Both the position numbers and the translations under genes were made by a program. The notes under the pieces were generated by a model. The model did not search any database and was not told the origin of the DNA. It worked only from the letters and a program-made list of their open reading frames with translations. Of a stretch of DNA of 64,000 nt, positions 9,224-20,000 are shown piece by piece. This DNA comes from Acidimicrobiia bacterium. Its GTDB lineage: Bacteria > Actinomycetota > Acidimicrobiia > Spongiisociales > JAENVV01. Numbering within the stretch: the first letter of the stretch is position 1; each line of letters opens with the position of its first letter. The stretch is taken from NCBI GenBank assembly GCA_041577335.1, contig JBFGJH010000008.1:1-64000 (forward strand), given 5' to 3'.

Positions 9224-10558
9224 TCAGAGACTGTCGGCCGTGACCTGGCCACCCACCTGCGAAATCGCCGGAACGGCGGGAGTCACACAGGCATGCTCCG
9301 GAGTCGATCCCACGAAGAAGTCAGCGTCGTCGGCCTCGCGTCGCAGCAAGCTGAGCAGGGGAATTGCGAGGAGGGTGACTGCACCGCCGACGATGTAGCC
9401 CGCTGAGAACCCTCGCCGATCCGAGAGTGCCCCGAGTCCCGACTGACCGACCACACCGCCACCACCCGCGACCATGGAGTCGAACGACACGACCGTCGCT
9501 CGCTGTTCGCTGGGCACGATATGGTGAATGAAGGCCTGGCGAACCGGCATCTGCACTCCCATGGCCACGCCCCCGAGGAAGAGCAAGGCCAGGGCAGGCG
9601 CAAACCCGTCTACGACACCCACGCCGACGAGCGCAGCCGAGAACACGCCTCCGGCACCGATGAAGAGGGTGCTGCGCCGGCCGCACCATCGGGTGACGAT
9701 CTCGACGATCCCATTGCCCACCATCATCGAAATGGCCAAGAGGGCGGCCACGACTCCGGCCACCCATACCGCATCGCGACCGAGCAGCTCCAGGAAATAG
9801 GGCTGCCAGGCGTACCACGCCCACGCAAAGAACCCCGATTGAACAGCGGTTGCCACCATCAGCAGCCGAAGTGATCGATGGCGCCAGCCGAATCGGATGC
9901 CGGCACGACCCACCTGGGCGGCCTCGGTCGGCAGTTGTCGCACGGAGACAGCGCGGGGTTCGAAACCGAGATCGTGCATCCCGACCATGGCCAACCCCAG
10001 GAGCGCTACCAGCAGGGCCGATCGCACCATGAATGGGATTGCGAGGTTGATCTGGCCGAGCGCTCCGCCTCCCACCGTCCCGACGAGCATCGCCACTCCC
10101 CCGACGATGTGTCCACGGCTGAACACCCCGTCGAGCCCTCCTTCATATTCGTGGAACCTCAACCCGTCAACGAGCCATGCCTCCATGGCCCCCGAGTAGA
10201 AGGTGAATCCGAGCCCCATGACGACGGAGACCGCGCAGAACGCGAGGACACCTGCCTCGATTTGGGCCAGACCGACATAGGCCAGCGTGGTTGCCGCCAA
10301 AATGCCCACCGAAAGCAAGAAGGAGACTCGTCGCCCAAGGGTGTCTGCCACGACGCCGGTTGGTATCTCGAAGATCATCATGCCAGCCGAGAATGCCGAG
10401 TTGGCCACAAAGACCTCTCCGATCGACAATCCGGCATCCAGCAAAAAGAGCGTGTTGATGCCCCAGATGATCGAGGCGGCGAGGGTGTAGAGCCCGCCGT
10501 AGAGGTAGTAACGCCTGACGAGCTGCTCGGCCGGCGCCGACATGCTGTGAACTGTCAT
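9224..10558 (-). CDS. MFS transporter
   Basis: FEIPTGVVADTLGRR (motif A), FYSGAMEAW, about 12 hydrophobic segments. Confidence 0.9.
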   Translation of the reverse strand: MTVHSMSAPAEQLVRRYYLYGGLYTLAASIIWGINTLFLLDAGLSIGEVFVANSAFSAGMMIFEIPTGVVADTLGRRVSFLLSVGILAATTLAYVGLAQIEAGVLAFCAVSVVMGLGFTFYSGAMEAWLVDGLRFHEYEGGLDGVFSRGHIVGGVAMLVGTVGGGALGQINLAIPFMVRSALLVALLGLAMVGMHDLGFEPRAVSVRQLPTEAAQVGRAGIRFGWRHRSLRLLMVATAVQSGFFAWAWYAWQPYFLELLGRDAVWVAGVVAALLAISMMVGNGIVEIVTRWCGRRSTLFIGAGGVFSAALVGVGVVDGFAPALALLFLGGVAMGVQMPVRQAFIHHIVPSEQRATVVSFDSMVAGGGGVVGQSGLGALSDRRGFSAGYIVGGAVTLLAIPLLSLLRREADDADFFVGSTPEHACVTPAVPAISQVGGQVTADSL

Positions 10559-10595
10559 GTGCCGACCCTAACCAGCCTGGGAATACTCCCGAGGA

Positions 10596-11414
10596 CTAAC
10601 CCTCGGTGACCTCGATGATCTCGAGAGTCAGTGGATCTACCTTCGCCATTCCCGCCAACCCCGAGATCCTCACCAAGCCATCACTGATGATGAGGCGTTG
10701 CCACAAAGCCAGGTTCGTCGGCTCGTCGATGATCCACGTTGAGGGAATGTGATGGCCGCTCCCCGGGCCGACCGCCGTGTCGATGGTCGACGGGAACACG
10801 CGAACCGCGGCATCGAGTGTGGCCCGATCGATGCGGCACAGCATTGAATCGGGCAGGGCTCCATCGCCTTGGCGAATGCAGTACACGGCGTCGTCGGTCA
10901 GCTCCAACGCCTGGGGGCCAATCGAAGAGAATGGATAGGCCCTGAGGATTCTGCCGCTACCAGGCTCGAGCAGCAAGATCTCCGCGTACTCGGAAATGCA
11001 GATCACATCGAGACCGAAGGTCCCGTTGCTGTTGCCCAGCAAACAGCTACGGATGAGGTTGGGGATCTCTGGCTTGGGGGAAGAGATCATCCACGTTCCT
11101 TCGGGAGTTTCGATGCGACTAACACCAAAATCCTCAGGGATCTGCGCCACTCTGAGATCCACCGGCAGAGCTGCCAGGGCAGGCACGACCCCGTCGCGAG
11201 CAGCATCCTCGGGGGTCTGACTTTCGTCGTCCCTGCTTTGGGGGGTGGTGATGACCAATGGCGGGACGGTGGTCAGGTCCACGGGAAGTGTCGACAAGTC
11301 GATCGTGGCAGGCGCCTGGCTGGTTGTGGGTGCCACGACCGGTGATCGAGCGTCGGCGCCGCAAGCGGCGAGCACCAGGCTCGCAACCAGGCTGAGTACC
11401 AGGAGGGCTGGCAT
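10596..11414 (-). CDS. Hypothetical lipoprotein
   Basis: Lipobox LVLAAC then a Pro/Thr linker and a beta-rich domain with Cys pairs. Start trimmed to ATG 11414 to avoid overlap with ldhA. Confidence 0.6.
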   Translation of the reverse strand: MPALLVLSLVASLVLAACGADARSPVVAPTTSQAPATIDLSTLPVDLTTVPPLVITTPQSRDDESQTPEDAARDGVVPALAALPVDLRVAQIPEDFGVSRIETPEGTWMISSPKPEIPNLIRSCLLGNSNGTFGLDVICISEYAEILLLEPGSGRILRAYPFSSIGPQALELTDDAVYCIRQGDGALPDSMLCRIDRATLDAAVRVFPSTIDTAVGPGSGHHIPSTWIIDEPTNLALWQRLIISDGLVRISGLAGMAKVDPLTLEIIEVTEG

Positions 11415-11490
11415 CTCGAAGAGCTGACGCTCTCGGTGTCTCACACGGTTCCTGTCATTCGGCCACCTCCACGCCCCCGGACACTGCCCG

Positions 11491-12477
11491 TCAAAGCTCA
11501 TTCCCAGTCGTTCGTCCTTCTGCGAAAGCGGTGACGTTGCCAATGGTGGTATCGGCGATGGCGTCCATCGCTTCTTCGGTGAAGAACGCCTGATGACCCG
11601 TGATGAGAACATTCGGGAACGTCAGTAGCCGCGAGAAGACATCGTCCTTGATGACGGTGCCAGACAAGTCCTCGAAGAAAAGGTCTCCCTCCTCCTCGTA
11701 GACGTCGAGGCCGAGGTGGCCGATCTTGCCCGACTTCAGACCTTCGATGACTGCGTGGGTATCGATGAGAGCCCCGCGGCTGGTATTGATGATCATCACG
11801 CCATCTCGCATCATGGCGATAGCGAAGGCGTCGATCATGTGATGCGTATCGGGAGTCAACGGAGCATGGAGCGTGATGACGTCGGATTCTTCCCACACCT
11901 GTCGCAGCGGCAGGTATTCGACGCCGAGGGCAACCGCCTCAGAGTTTTCCCGGACGTCGTAGCCGACCAGGCGGCAGCCAAACCCAGCGAGCAACTTGGC
12001 CACCGAGACACCGATCTGACCGGTTCCGACGATTCCCACCGTCTTGGCGCCGAGGTCGAAACCGAGCAATCCGTCGAGAGCGAAATTCCCCTCACGGACC
12101 CGTGCATAGGCGCGATGGATCTTCCGGTCGAGGGCCAGCATGAGAGCCAGCGTGTGCTCGGCCACCGAGCGAGGCGAGTACGCGGGCACACGCACGACGG
12201 CCAGACCAACCCGCCGAGCCGCGTCGAGATCAACGTGGTTGAACCCGGCGCTGCGGAGCGCGATCAGCTTCACTCCTGCGTCGGCCAGCCGGAGGAGCAC
12301 TGCCGCCCCCACGTCGTCGTTGACGAACGGGCTGACGACCTCGAATCCCTCGGCGAGAGCCGCGGTCGACGGCGTCAGGCGCGCTTCGAAGAACTCGACC
12401 TCGTGCCCGCTCGACGCGGCGGCCGCCCCGAGGAAACGCTCGTCATACGGTTTGGAACTGAACACTGCAATACGCAT
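11491..12477 (-). CDS. ldhA: D-lactate dehydrogenase / D-2-hydroxyacid dehydrogenase
   Basis: [56 protein letters not shown]. Confidence 0.9.
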   Translation of the reverse strand: MRIAVFSSKPYDERFLGAAAASSGHEVEFFEARLTPSTAALAEGFEVVSPFVNDDVGAAVLLRLADAGVKLIALRSAGFNHVDLDAARRVGLAVVRVPAYSPRSVAEHTLALMLALDRKIHRAYARVREGNFALDGLLGFDLGAKTVGIVGTGQIGVSVAKLLAGFGCRLVGYDVRENSEAVALGVEYLPLRQVWEESDVITLHAPLTPDTHHMIDAFAIAMMRDGVMIINTSRGALIDTHAVIEGLKSGKIGHLGLDVYEEEGDLFFEDLSGTVIKDDVFSRLLTFPNVLITGHQAFFTEEAMDAIADTTIGNVTAFAEGRTTGNEL

Positions 12478-12526
12478 CGCCGTGAGTGTACGGAGCCGAT
12501 TGGGATAACCGATCGCACGTGTTCGG

Positions 12527-13468
12527 TCACACCGACACGTCGAGCTCCTCCGCCTCTATGACGGCGTCGACGACCATTTGCACGACGGTTTGGATCGTCT
12601 CATCTGGGAGATCCATATCGAGTTGGGGCACGCCGTGCGATTCGGCGACCATCGAGATGTAGCGATGGATCCGGCGGACCTCCGGGAAGGCGTCCAGATA
12701 CCTGTGCGGGCGCCGGCTTGGCGACCTCTCCAGACGGGTGAGAAAGTGCGCCCGATGCTGTTCGGGGTCCGGGACCGCCAGGACTGCGTGACACACCACT
12801 GCGTGGCGGCGCCATTCCTCGAGGTCGGCTCCAAAGACGCCGGGCAAAACATGGACACCTTCCACGATGAGGTCGCTGCCTTCGACAATCGCCCGATTGA
12901 CGAGACCACGGACCCCGGATGCCACGACTTCAGCCTGCTGTTGGAAGCCGATGACCACTTCATCGTGGTCTTCGGGTACGGGGGCACGCATCACCCGATA
13001 CGCCTCGAACGAAGACACATGGAGGATGGGGGACAGGGTCTCGGAGACGAGCTGGCGCATCACCTCACGGACGGCGTCGGTCGGCATCACTGCCGTGATT
13101 CGTAGCCGTGATCCGACACCGCCGGCAACGGTCGACTTCCCGGTTCCGGGGCTGCCTCCCAACAGCACGACGATGGGGCGCTGCACACGTCGCGCAGCCA
13201 CCCACTTGGCGTACCGCTCACCCATCGGACCGCCCGCGTGATCGGCGGCACATGCCGTAGCTATCTCGATGAGGTCCTCGACGCCCACCATCGGGGTGGT
13301 GCGTTGGACCAACAGGTCCTCGACCTCTTCCGCGATGAGGTATGCCTGTTCTGGCTCGATCCCGATCACCATCATCGACGACGCCATGGCGTCCCGGGAA
13401 TAGGGCAGACGCGTCGCCTTACGATCCTCCACCAAGATGTATCGGCCGGCCACACCGCCAGGCGTCAT
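12527..13468 (-). CDS. pgk2: 2-phosphoglycerate kinase (ATP-cone-like N-terminus plus P-loop)
   Basis: LPYSR..MASSM N-terminus, [50 protein letters not shown]. Lies next to the cDPG synthetase gene. Confidence 0.85.
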   Translation of the reverse strand: MTPGGVAGRYILVEDRKATRLPYSRDAMASSMMVIGIEPEQAYLIAEEVEDLLVQRTTPMVGVEDLIEIATACAADHAGGPMGERYAKWVAARRVQRPIVVLLGGSPGTGKSTVAGGVGSRLRITAVMPTDAVREVMRQLVSETLSPILHVSSFEAYRVMRAPVPEDHDEVVIGFQQQAEVVASGVRGLVNRAIVEGSDLIVEGVHVLPGVFGADLEEWRRHAVVCHAVLAVPDPEQHRAHFLTRLERSPSRRPHRYLDAFPEVRRIHRYISMVAESHGVPQLDMDLPDETIQTVVQMVVDAVIEAEELDVSV

Positions 13469-13527
13469 CGCAAACCTTCGAGATTGAGTGTCGTAAACAC
13501 TACGCAGCCCAGTAGATTGGTGGGCCT

Positions 13528-14364
13528 ATGGCGGCGCTCACCATCGCCCAGATCTCAGACATCCATTGTGGCTCGCCCTTCTACGACCCAGAGCTCCTCG
13601 ACGCAGCTGTCCACGAGATTCTCGATCTGCAGCCCGAGATAGTGGTCGTGGCAGGGGATCTCACCCAGGAGGGCTATGCACCGGAGTTCGAGATGGCGCG
13701 CGATGCGTTGCGCCCGCTCCAAGAGCAGCTCACGACGCTGATCGTTCCCGGCAACCACGATTCCAAGAACGTCGGCTACGTGCATTTCGAAGATCACTTC
13801 GGCAAGGGCGAAGCCGGGGGAAAGGCCGACCGGAGCCTTCACCTCTCACGCGCCAGCGCACCAAAAGGAGTCACGTTTGTCGGCGCCGATTCGTCAAAGC
13901 CTGACTTGGCGGAGGGCGAGATCGGCCGGGAGCGCTATGCCTGGATACGCGAGAAATTCGACTCGGACGCCGACCTCCGAGTGTTCGTGCTCCATCACCA
14001 CCTCGTCTCCGTCCCGGGCACGGGCCGGGAAAGGAACATCGTGTGGGATGCCGGCGATGTACTGGCTCTCCTCGAGGAATGTCAGGTCGACCTCGTGCTC
14101 GCCGGCCATAAGCACGTGCCACACATCTGGGAGGTGGGTGGCATGCTCATCATCAACAGTGGCACCGTGTCCTCATATCGTCTCCGGGGCTATACGCGCC
14201 CTTCGTACAACGTGGTTCGCGTATCCGACACGGCCATCGATGTGACCTTGATGTACCCCGGCTCAGGACAGCAGGCGGCCGCTCACTACGATCGAGCAAC
14301 CCGCCGCATCGACCGCAATCCCGAGCTGGCCGGTATGTTCTCCAAGGCAGCCTGGAGCTGGTGA
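13528..14364 (+). CDS. Calcineurin-like metallophosphoesterase (CpdA/Icc-like)
   Basis: All five motifs present: DIH (SDIHCG), GD (AGDLT), GNHD, HHH, GHKH. Confidence 0.9.
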   Translation: MAALTIAQISDIHCGSPFYDPELLDAAVHEILDLQPEIVVVAGDLTQEGYAPEFEMARDALRPLQEQLTTLIVPGNHDSKNVGYVHFEDHFGKGEAGGKADRSLHLSRASAPKGVTFVGADSSKPDLAEGEIGRERYAWIREKFDSDADLRVFVLHHHLVSVPGTGRERNIVWDAGDVLALLEECQVDLVLAGHKHVPHIWEVGGMLIINSGTVSSYRLRGYTRPSYNVVRVSDTAIDVTLMYPGSGQQAAAHYDRATRRIDRNPELAGMFSKAAWSW

Positions 14365-14666
14365 TGATCGTCCGGATGTTTCTGTCGGCAGTGTCGGAAA
14401 GTGACCTCGATGAGCTCATCGCTGTCTTTCGAGAGGATGTTGTCCCGGCTTTCACTGCTCACCCGGACTGCCTGAGCATCGAGCTCATTCGTGCCGACAA
14501 ACCCGGAGTGGGCGGCCTCATCGAAGGTGGAGCCCTCATCCGTTGGACTTCGGCGGAGGCAATGGATGCCGCCCTCGCCAGCGAAGAGATCATTGCCAGC
14601 CAGGAACGGATCCGCGGGCTGCTGCGCCGCCAACCGCTGCGGAAGGTCTACGAGATCATCGCCTAG
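14361..14666 (+). CDS. Antibiotic-biosynthesis-monooxygenase-like (dimeric alpha-beta barrel) protein
   Basis: 101 aa, MIVRM...PDCLSIEL...IRWTSAEAM...VYE pattern. Overlaps the stop codon of the upstream gene. Confidence 0.6.
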   Translation: MMIVRMFLSAVSESDLDELIAVFREDVVPAFTAHPDCLSIELIRADKPGVGGLIEGGALIRWTSAEAMDAALASEEIIASQERIRGLLRRQPLRKVYEIIA

Positions 14667-14681
14667 AGGCTGGTCGGGCCG

Positions 14682-15971
14682 TCACCCGCCGTTCATCAGC
14701 GTGGCCATTTCTTCAACCCCACCGGCGACGTCGACCCGGTTGTGGAGAAATCCCACCTCGAGATCGAGACTGCGTGCCCACGGAACCACGATGTCGATCG
14801 CAGCGGCCTTGACCTCTACCAAGACAACATCGACCGCCCCTCTGGCTTCAGCATCGGTGAGATCCCGGCGGAGAGCAGCCCGATCGGACAGCGTGTGGAC
14901 GACCTCCACTGCGTGGGCGCCCATCGTACGCAGCTGGGCGGAGATGTCGTCGGCCGCCCCGAGCGGAGCGGTCGTCGCGGCGAGGACACGCCGACCCGAA
15001 ACCGGCAGCGACGGCTCCGGGACGTATGCGCCAACGAAGACCGGCAGGTCGGGCCGCACACTGCGTATGACCGGCAGCAGCCGGCCGGCCGCGGCGAACA
15101 CGCCCGAGCCTCCCACGACGACGACGGCATCGGCCAACGCCAGGCGATATGGCCCCAGGTAGCCGGCCAGGTATTCGGCGGCGATATCCGGCGAGACCAC
15201 CAGCAGCGACGAGTCAACCGCGCAGGGCGGCAGGGCGGTGCCGCTGCCTTCGAGGATCAGCATGTCGGCGCTCGTGGACCCAGCAACATCCATCCCGGCG
15301 GCGAAGTTGTGCCAGTCGGTCTGTCCGGTGAGACCGGCTCCGCAGCGGAAGGTTCCCACCGTGTCTACGCCGGCGAACACAGCATCTTCGATGTAGTCCG
15401 AGGCAGCATGCAAGCCGGCTTCGGCAAGCGCCAACAGCCCGTCTGGTGTGGGTGTGAACGTGCCGGCGCGTAACAGGACTGGCTCCGCGGGTCCGCCCCT
15501 GCCCATTGTGACAATGCAGGGTCGCCGGCCCTGACTCGCCCAGTATCTGGCCAGCTCGATCGCCACCGCCGTCTTGCCGGTCCGCTTGCCGGTCCCCGTG
15601 ACCTCAGCCGTCGGCAGGGAGGTGAGGGGCGGCCGTGGCGGCGGGCTGAGGCGGTAGCCGGCGCCCTCATACCCGACGCCCGACATCAGTGCGACCGCAA
15701 TCAGTTCGAACCGGCGACGGTTGTCGAGCACCGGCTCGTCGCTGAGGTCGATCACCACGTCACACGGGTGGGCGGCGAGAGCTCGCCGGAGTGCATCGGC
15801 AGCCCCGATCTCCACCGGGATTCCGAGATCCGGCGGCGTCTCAGTCTTCTCCGACCCGCCCAAGAACACGGCGGCTCGGGGCACATCGCCCTGCGCACGG
15901 AGCGACGCCAGAGTTCGTTCCACCACTGCGGGATAGTGCTGACCGTCGACGAGCACAACACACGTTCGCAT
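14682..15971 (-). CDS. cpgS: Cyclic 2,3-diphosphoglycerate synthetase
   Basis: Family motifs over the full length: LVDG(Q)HY, FLGGSEK, DLSDEPV, GTGKRTGKTAV, MGRGGP.EP, HAASD..ED, LEGSG.A.PP, GPYRL.LAD, ATTAP, LS.R..LRRDL, EVKAAAID. Confidence 0.9.
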   Translation of the reverse strand: MRTCVVLVDGQHYPAVVERTLASLRAQGDVPRAAVFLGGSEKTETPPDLGIPVEIGAADALRRALAAHPCDVVIDLSDEPVLDNRRRFELIAVALMSGVGYEGAGYRLSPPPRPPLTSLPTAEVTGTGKRTGKTAVAIELARYWASQGRRPCIVTMGRGGPAEPVLLRAGTFTPTPDGLLALAEAGLHAASDYIEDAVFAGVDTVGTFRCGAGLTGQTDWHNFAAGMDVAGSTSADMLILEGSGTALPPCAVDSSLLVVSPDIAAEYLAGYLGPYRLALADAVVVVGGSGVFAAAGRLLPVIRSVRPDLPVFVGAYVPEPSLPVSGRRVLAATTAPLGAADDISAQLRTMGAHAVEVVHTLSDRAALRRDLTDAEARGAVDVVLVEVKAAAIDIVVPWARSLDLEVGFLHNRVDVAGGVEEMATLMNGG

Positions 15972-16149
15972 GCCGCACGCTACCCCGGAGGGCCCGAGTG
16001 ACGCCCGTTTCCAGCGAGATTCGAGACGGGCTCTCGGCGGACCGGCCAGGCGTGACTCTTAGAGGCAATGGGGCCGTCAAATTCGTCAGGCTCGACCGGT
16101 GGAACCGTTGAATCCGTCATGAACTGTCTTTCGGTGGTGTGATTTGATT

Positions 16150-16965
16150 CTATGGGCGGCCGGCGCCGGGTGGCCCGGCGCCGCGTGCAACGTCCACGAT
16201 CAGGGGAGCGTGGTCGGAGGGCTTCGACTCGCGCACCTTGGTGGGCTTGCGGTACTCACGATCCACTCGGGCCGCCTCGAGGCCATCTGCCAACGGGGTG
16301 CTGAGCAGTGCCAGGTCGATCCGCAGCCCGAAACCCTTGTGGAAGTGACCGGCCCGATAGTCCCACCACGTGAACCCGGGCTCTTTCGGTTCAACGGTTC
16401 GGAATGCGTCTACGTAGCCCGTATCGAGAATTGCCGAGAACCGAGATCGCTCCTCCGGAGTGATGTGCGTAGCGCCATGTATGTCGGCTGGGCTCCACAC
16501 ATCTTGATCGGTCGGACAGACGTTCATGTCTCCGGCAACGAAGGTCGGCCGGCCGGCGAGCTGTTGGGCACGTACTGCCATGGCTTCGAGAAACAGGAGC
16601 TTCTCACGGAAAGTCTCCGTTCCGACTTGACGCCCATTCGGCACGTAGACACTCACGACTTTCATGCCGCCGACGGTTGCTTCGACCCAGCGGGCCTCCT
16701 CTGGATTCGGTTGCCCAGGGAGGCCCATGGCGACATCGGCAATCCCGAGGTCGGCGCGGGCCAGCACTGCGACTCCTGCCCACCTGCCCCCAGAGTTGTC
16801 AGCTGATTCATACCCGGCCGCCTGAAGCTCCAAGTGCGGGAACTTCTCGGGAGCAGCCTTGGTTTCCTGTAGGCACACGACATCGGGCTGATGCTCCTCC
16901 AGCAGCGCCAGCAGTCGGGGCATGCGGGCGTTGAGTGAATTGACGTTGTAGGTGACAAAACGCAT
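16150..16965 (-). CDS. xth: Exodeoxyribonuclease III (AP endonuclease)
   Basis: TYNVNS, LQETK, SVYVPNG, GDMN, FTWWDYR, GLRID, SDHAP. Confidence 0.95.
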   Translation of the reverse strand: MRFVTYNVNSLNARMPRLLALLEEHQPDVVCLQETKAAPEKFPHLELQAAGYESADNSGGRWAGVAVLARADLGIADVAMGLPGQPNPEEARWVEATVGGMKVVSVYVPNGRQVGTETFREKLLFLEAMAVRAQQLAGRPTFVAGDMNVCPTDQDVWSPADIHGATHITPEERSRFSAILDTGYVDAFRTVEPKEPGFTWWDYRAGHFHKGFGLRIDLALLSTPLADGLEAARVDREYRKPTKVRESKPSDHAPLIVDVARGAGPPGAGRP

Positions 16966-17018
16966 GCGCCACTAGTCAAGCTTGGTTGCGAGCTCCGTGC
17001 CGAGGAGCCGGGCTGACG

Positions 17019-20000
17019 CTAGGCGCGTCTCTCGGTCAGGCGTTCGGTCATAACGAGCCCGGCGCCGGCCATTGCGAGGAGGACCGCAATCAGCGCCCAC
17101 CAGAAGACAGCGGTGCCGGTTGTAGGGAGTGCCTGCACGATCAACGTGAAGGTAACGGTTGAACAGGAGGGCGGATCGCCCGCGTCGCATACCTGCACCG
17201 TGAAGGTGAAATTGCCGAGCACGTTGGACGTTCCTGAGAATGAGCCGTCCGGATTCAGCGTGACGCCGGGCGGAAGCGCTCCACCTACCAATGAGAAGGT
17301 GAAGGTGGTCCCATCCGGATCGAACGCCAGGAGGGGCGGAATCGGTTCGCCGACTCCAATCGTGATCGGGTTGGCAGTGACGATCGTTGGCGGGTCGTTT
17401 ATAGGTAGAACGGTGACCGTCACGGACACAATGTCGCACGACTGGCCACCCCCTCCACCTGGCGAGCCGGGGTCAAAGTCACACGCCTCGTATGTGAACG
17501 TGTCTTCGCCCGAGAACTCGGGATCCGGGGTGTACGTGATCGTGCCTTCGACATTGACGACCACCATCCCATTGGCAGGCTGCGTTACGGCTCCGATGAA
17601 GAGTGCTTCGCCGGTCGGGTCGGAATCGTTGGCCAGAACGTTGATCGTCACCGCGGTATCTTCGTTGGTCACAGCGAAATCCGGCGCTCCGAGGGGCGGC
17701 GGGTTTCCGACTTCCACGCTCACGGTGGCACTGCTACAGGCACCGGCGTCATCACAAACCTCGTACACGAATGTGTCGGTTCCAAAGAAACCTTGGTCTG
17801 GCGAATAGGTGACGACACCCGTCATCGCGTCGACGGTGACCGAGCCATTCGACGGACCTGATATCACCATGACCGTCGCCGGATCGAGTGCCGACTCAGG
17901 ATCGATGTCGTTCAGCAAAACGTCGATGTCGACGGGCGTTTCCGGACTCGTGACAGCGGCATCGTTCACCGCAATCGGGAGGCCGTTCGTCGTCACGGAG
18001 ATGGAGGCCTCCGAGCAGGCGCCCTGGTCATCGCACACCTCGTATGTGAACGAATCGGTGCCAATGAACCCGGGATTGGGCGTGTAGGTAATCGTGCCGT
18101 CGGCCTCTATCACGACGGTCCCGTTGCTTGGGGCAACTGGGAATCCAACCACCGTCAGCGGATCGGCTTCCGGGTCACTGTCGTTGGCCAGGACATCGAT
18201 ATTGATGCTGCTGCCTTCGTCGACCGTTCCGGCATCAGGTATCGCCAGGGGAGCGCCGTTCACATCGACGACCACCGAGGCCAATGAGCAAGCACCGAGC
18301 AGGTCGCACACCTCGTAGGTGAATGCATCCGTGCCGAAGAAACCTGGGTCGGGAAGGTAGGTGACGGTGCCATCCGGATTGGCTGTGGCCGTGCCATTGG
18401 CAGGTTGCGTAGTCACGGAGACCGCGGCGAGGTCGAGCCCGTCGGGATCAGAGTCATTTGCCGTCACCGCGATTGTGACCGGCAGACCTTGATTGGTGGC
18501 GGCCGTGTCATCAACTGCAATCGGCGGGCCGTTGACCGTAACCTCGATTGTACCGATCGAACAACCACCGTCGTCATCACAGATCTCGTACGTGAACACA
18601 TCGATTCCGGAGAAACCGGGATCGGGGGTATAGGTGATCTGCCCGGTCACGGGATCAACGGCCACCGCCCCGTTGGCAGGCGGCATCACCACCGAAACAC
18701 TGGTGGGGTCGATCGACCCGTCCGGGTCCGTGGCCGCAGCAACGACATCGATGATGACGGGACTGCCATCACTCGTCACCGCAAGGGTGCCCGGCACCAC
18801 GGGGAGAGCATTGACATCGACCGTGACCGTGGCTGTTGCACAGCCTCCGAGATCGTCGCACACCTCGTACATGAACGAGTCGGTTCCAAAGAAACCTGGG
18901 TCAGGCGCATACGTGATGTCTCCGGTGTTTGGATCCACCGTTACCGTGCCGTCTGAGGGCAGACCGACAATCGTCACCGAGCTGGGCACGAGGAAGCCGT
19001 CGCCATCCGAGTCGTTGGCGAGGACCGGAATCGTCACTGCCACCCCTTCGTCGGTGGCCGCTCCGTCATCCGCGGCGACCGGCGGATCATTGACCGTGAT
19101 GGTCACGGTGGCTGTATCGCACGCCAATGGAGCACCGTCGTCGCAAACCTCGTACGTGTAGGTATCGACTCCTGTGAATCCGCTGGGAGGTGTGTACGTG
19201 ATCGTGTTGTCGCCGTTGATGACGACGGTGGCCCCGGCCGTCACATTGGAGACCGAGTTCACCGTCAGGATGCCGCTCTCAGGATCGAGGTCGTTGTCCA
19301 ACACCGCCGTCGTGACGGAGGCGTCGATCTGGGTGACGTCGCTGTCATCTACGGCGACTGGCGGGTCGTTGAGGACTGGATCGTCAACTCCAACCGTGAC
19401 GGTGGCAATGTCGCATTGCGGCGGGGTGGCGCCGTCGCAGACCTCGTAGGTGAACACGTCCGCTCCTACGAAGCCAGGGTCGGGGCTGTAGGTGATGGCG
19501 CCGGTTACCAGATCGACGGTTGTTGACCCATTGGTTGGCCCCGTTGTCACATTCACAGACGAGGGGTCGAGTGCCCCTTCGGGGTCCGTGTCGTTGGCCA
19601 GCACATCGATTGAGACCGGGATGTCAACGTCGGTCGTGGCGCCGTCATCGACGGCAGTGGGCGGCCCGTCGACCGTCACGGTGACGGTCTCGATGGAACA
19701 GGCACCCAGACTGTCACAGACCTCGTATGTGAACGTGTCGGTGCCGTAGAAGCCCGGATCGGGTGTGTAATCCACCTCTCCGGTACCGCCATTGATAACG
19801 GCCGTGCCAAATGTCGGCGCGGCGGGGATGTCCGTGACCGTCATCGGGTCCAATTCCGGATCGGTGTCGTTGGCCAGCACATCGATCGCCACGAGTGCGC
19901 CCGAGTTCGTCGTTGCCGTGTCGGGCGCGGTCTGCGGCGCTCCGTTGACGTCGATGGTGACAGTCGCCGAGCCGCACGACCCGGCGTCATCGCACACCTC

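Noticed and set aside
15977..16010. SigB-type promoter for cpgS
   Set aside because: GGGTAG is present but there is no GTTT 16 nt upstream. The overlapping TAGCGT-N5-ATG leaderless signal explains it better.
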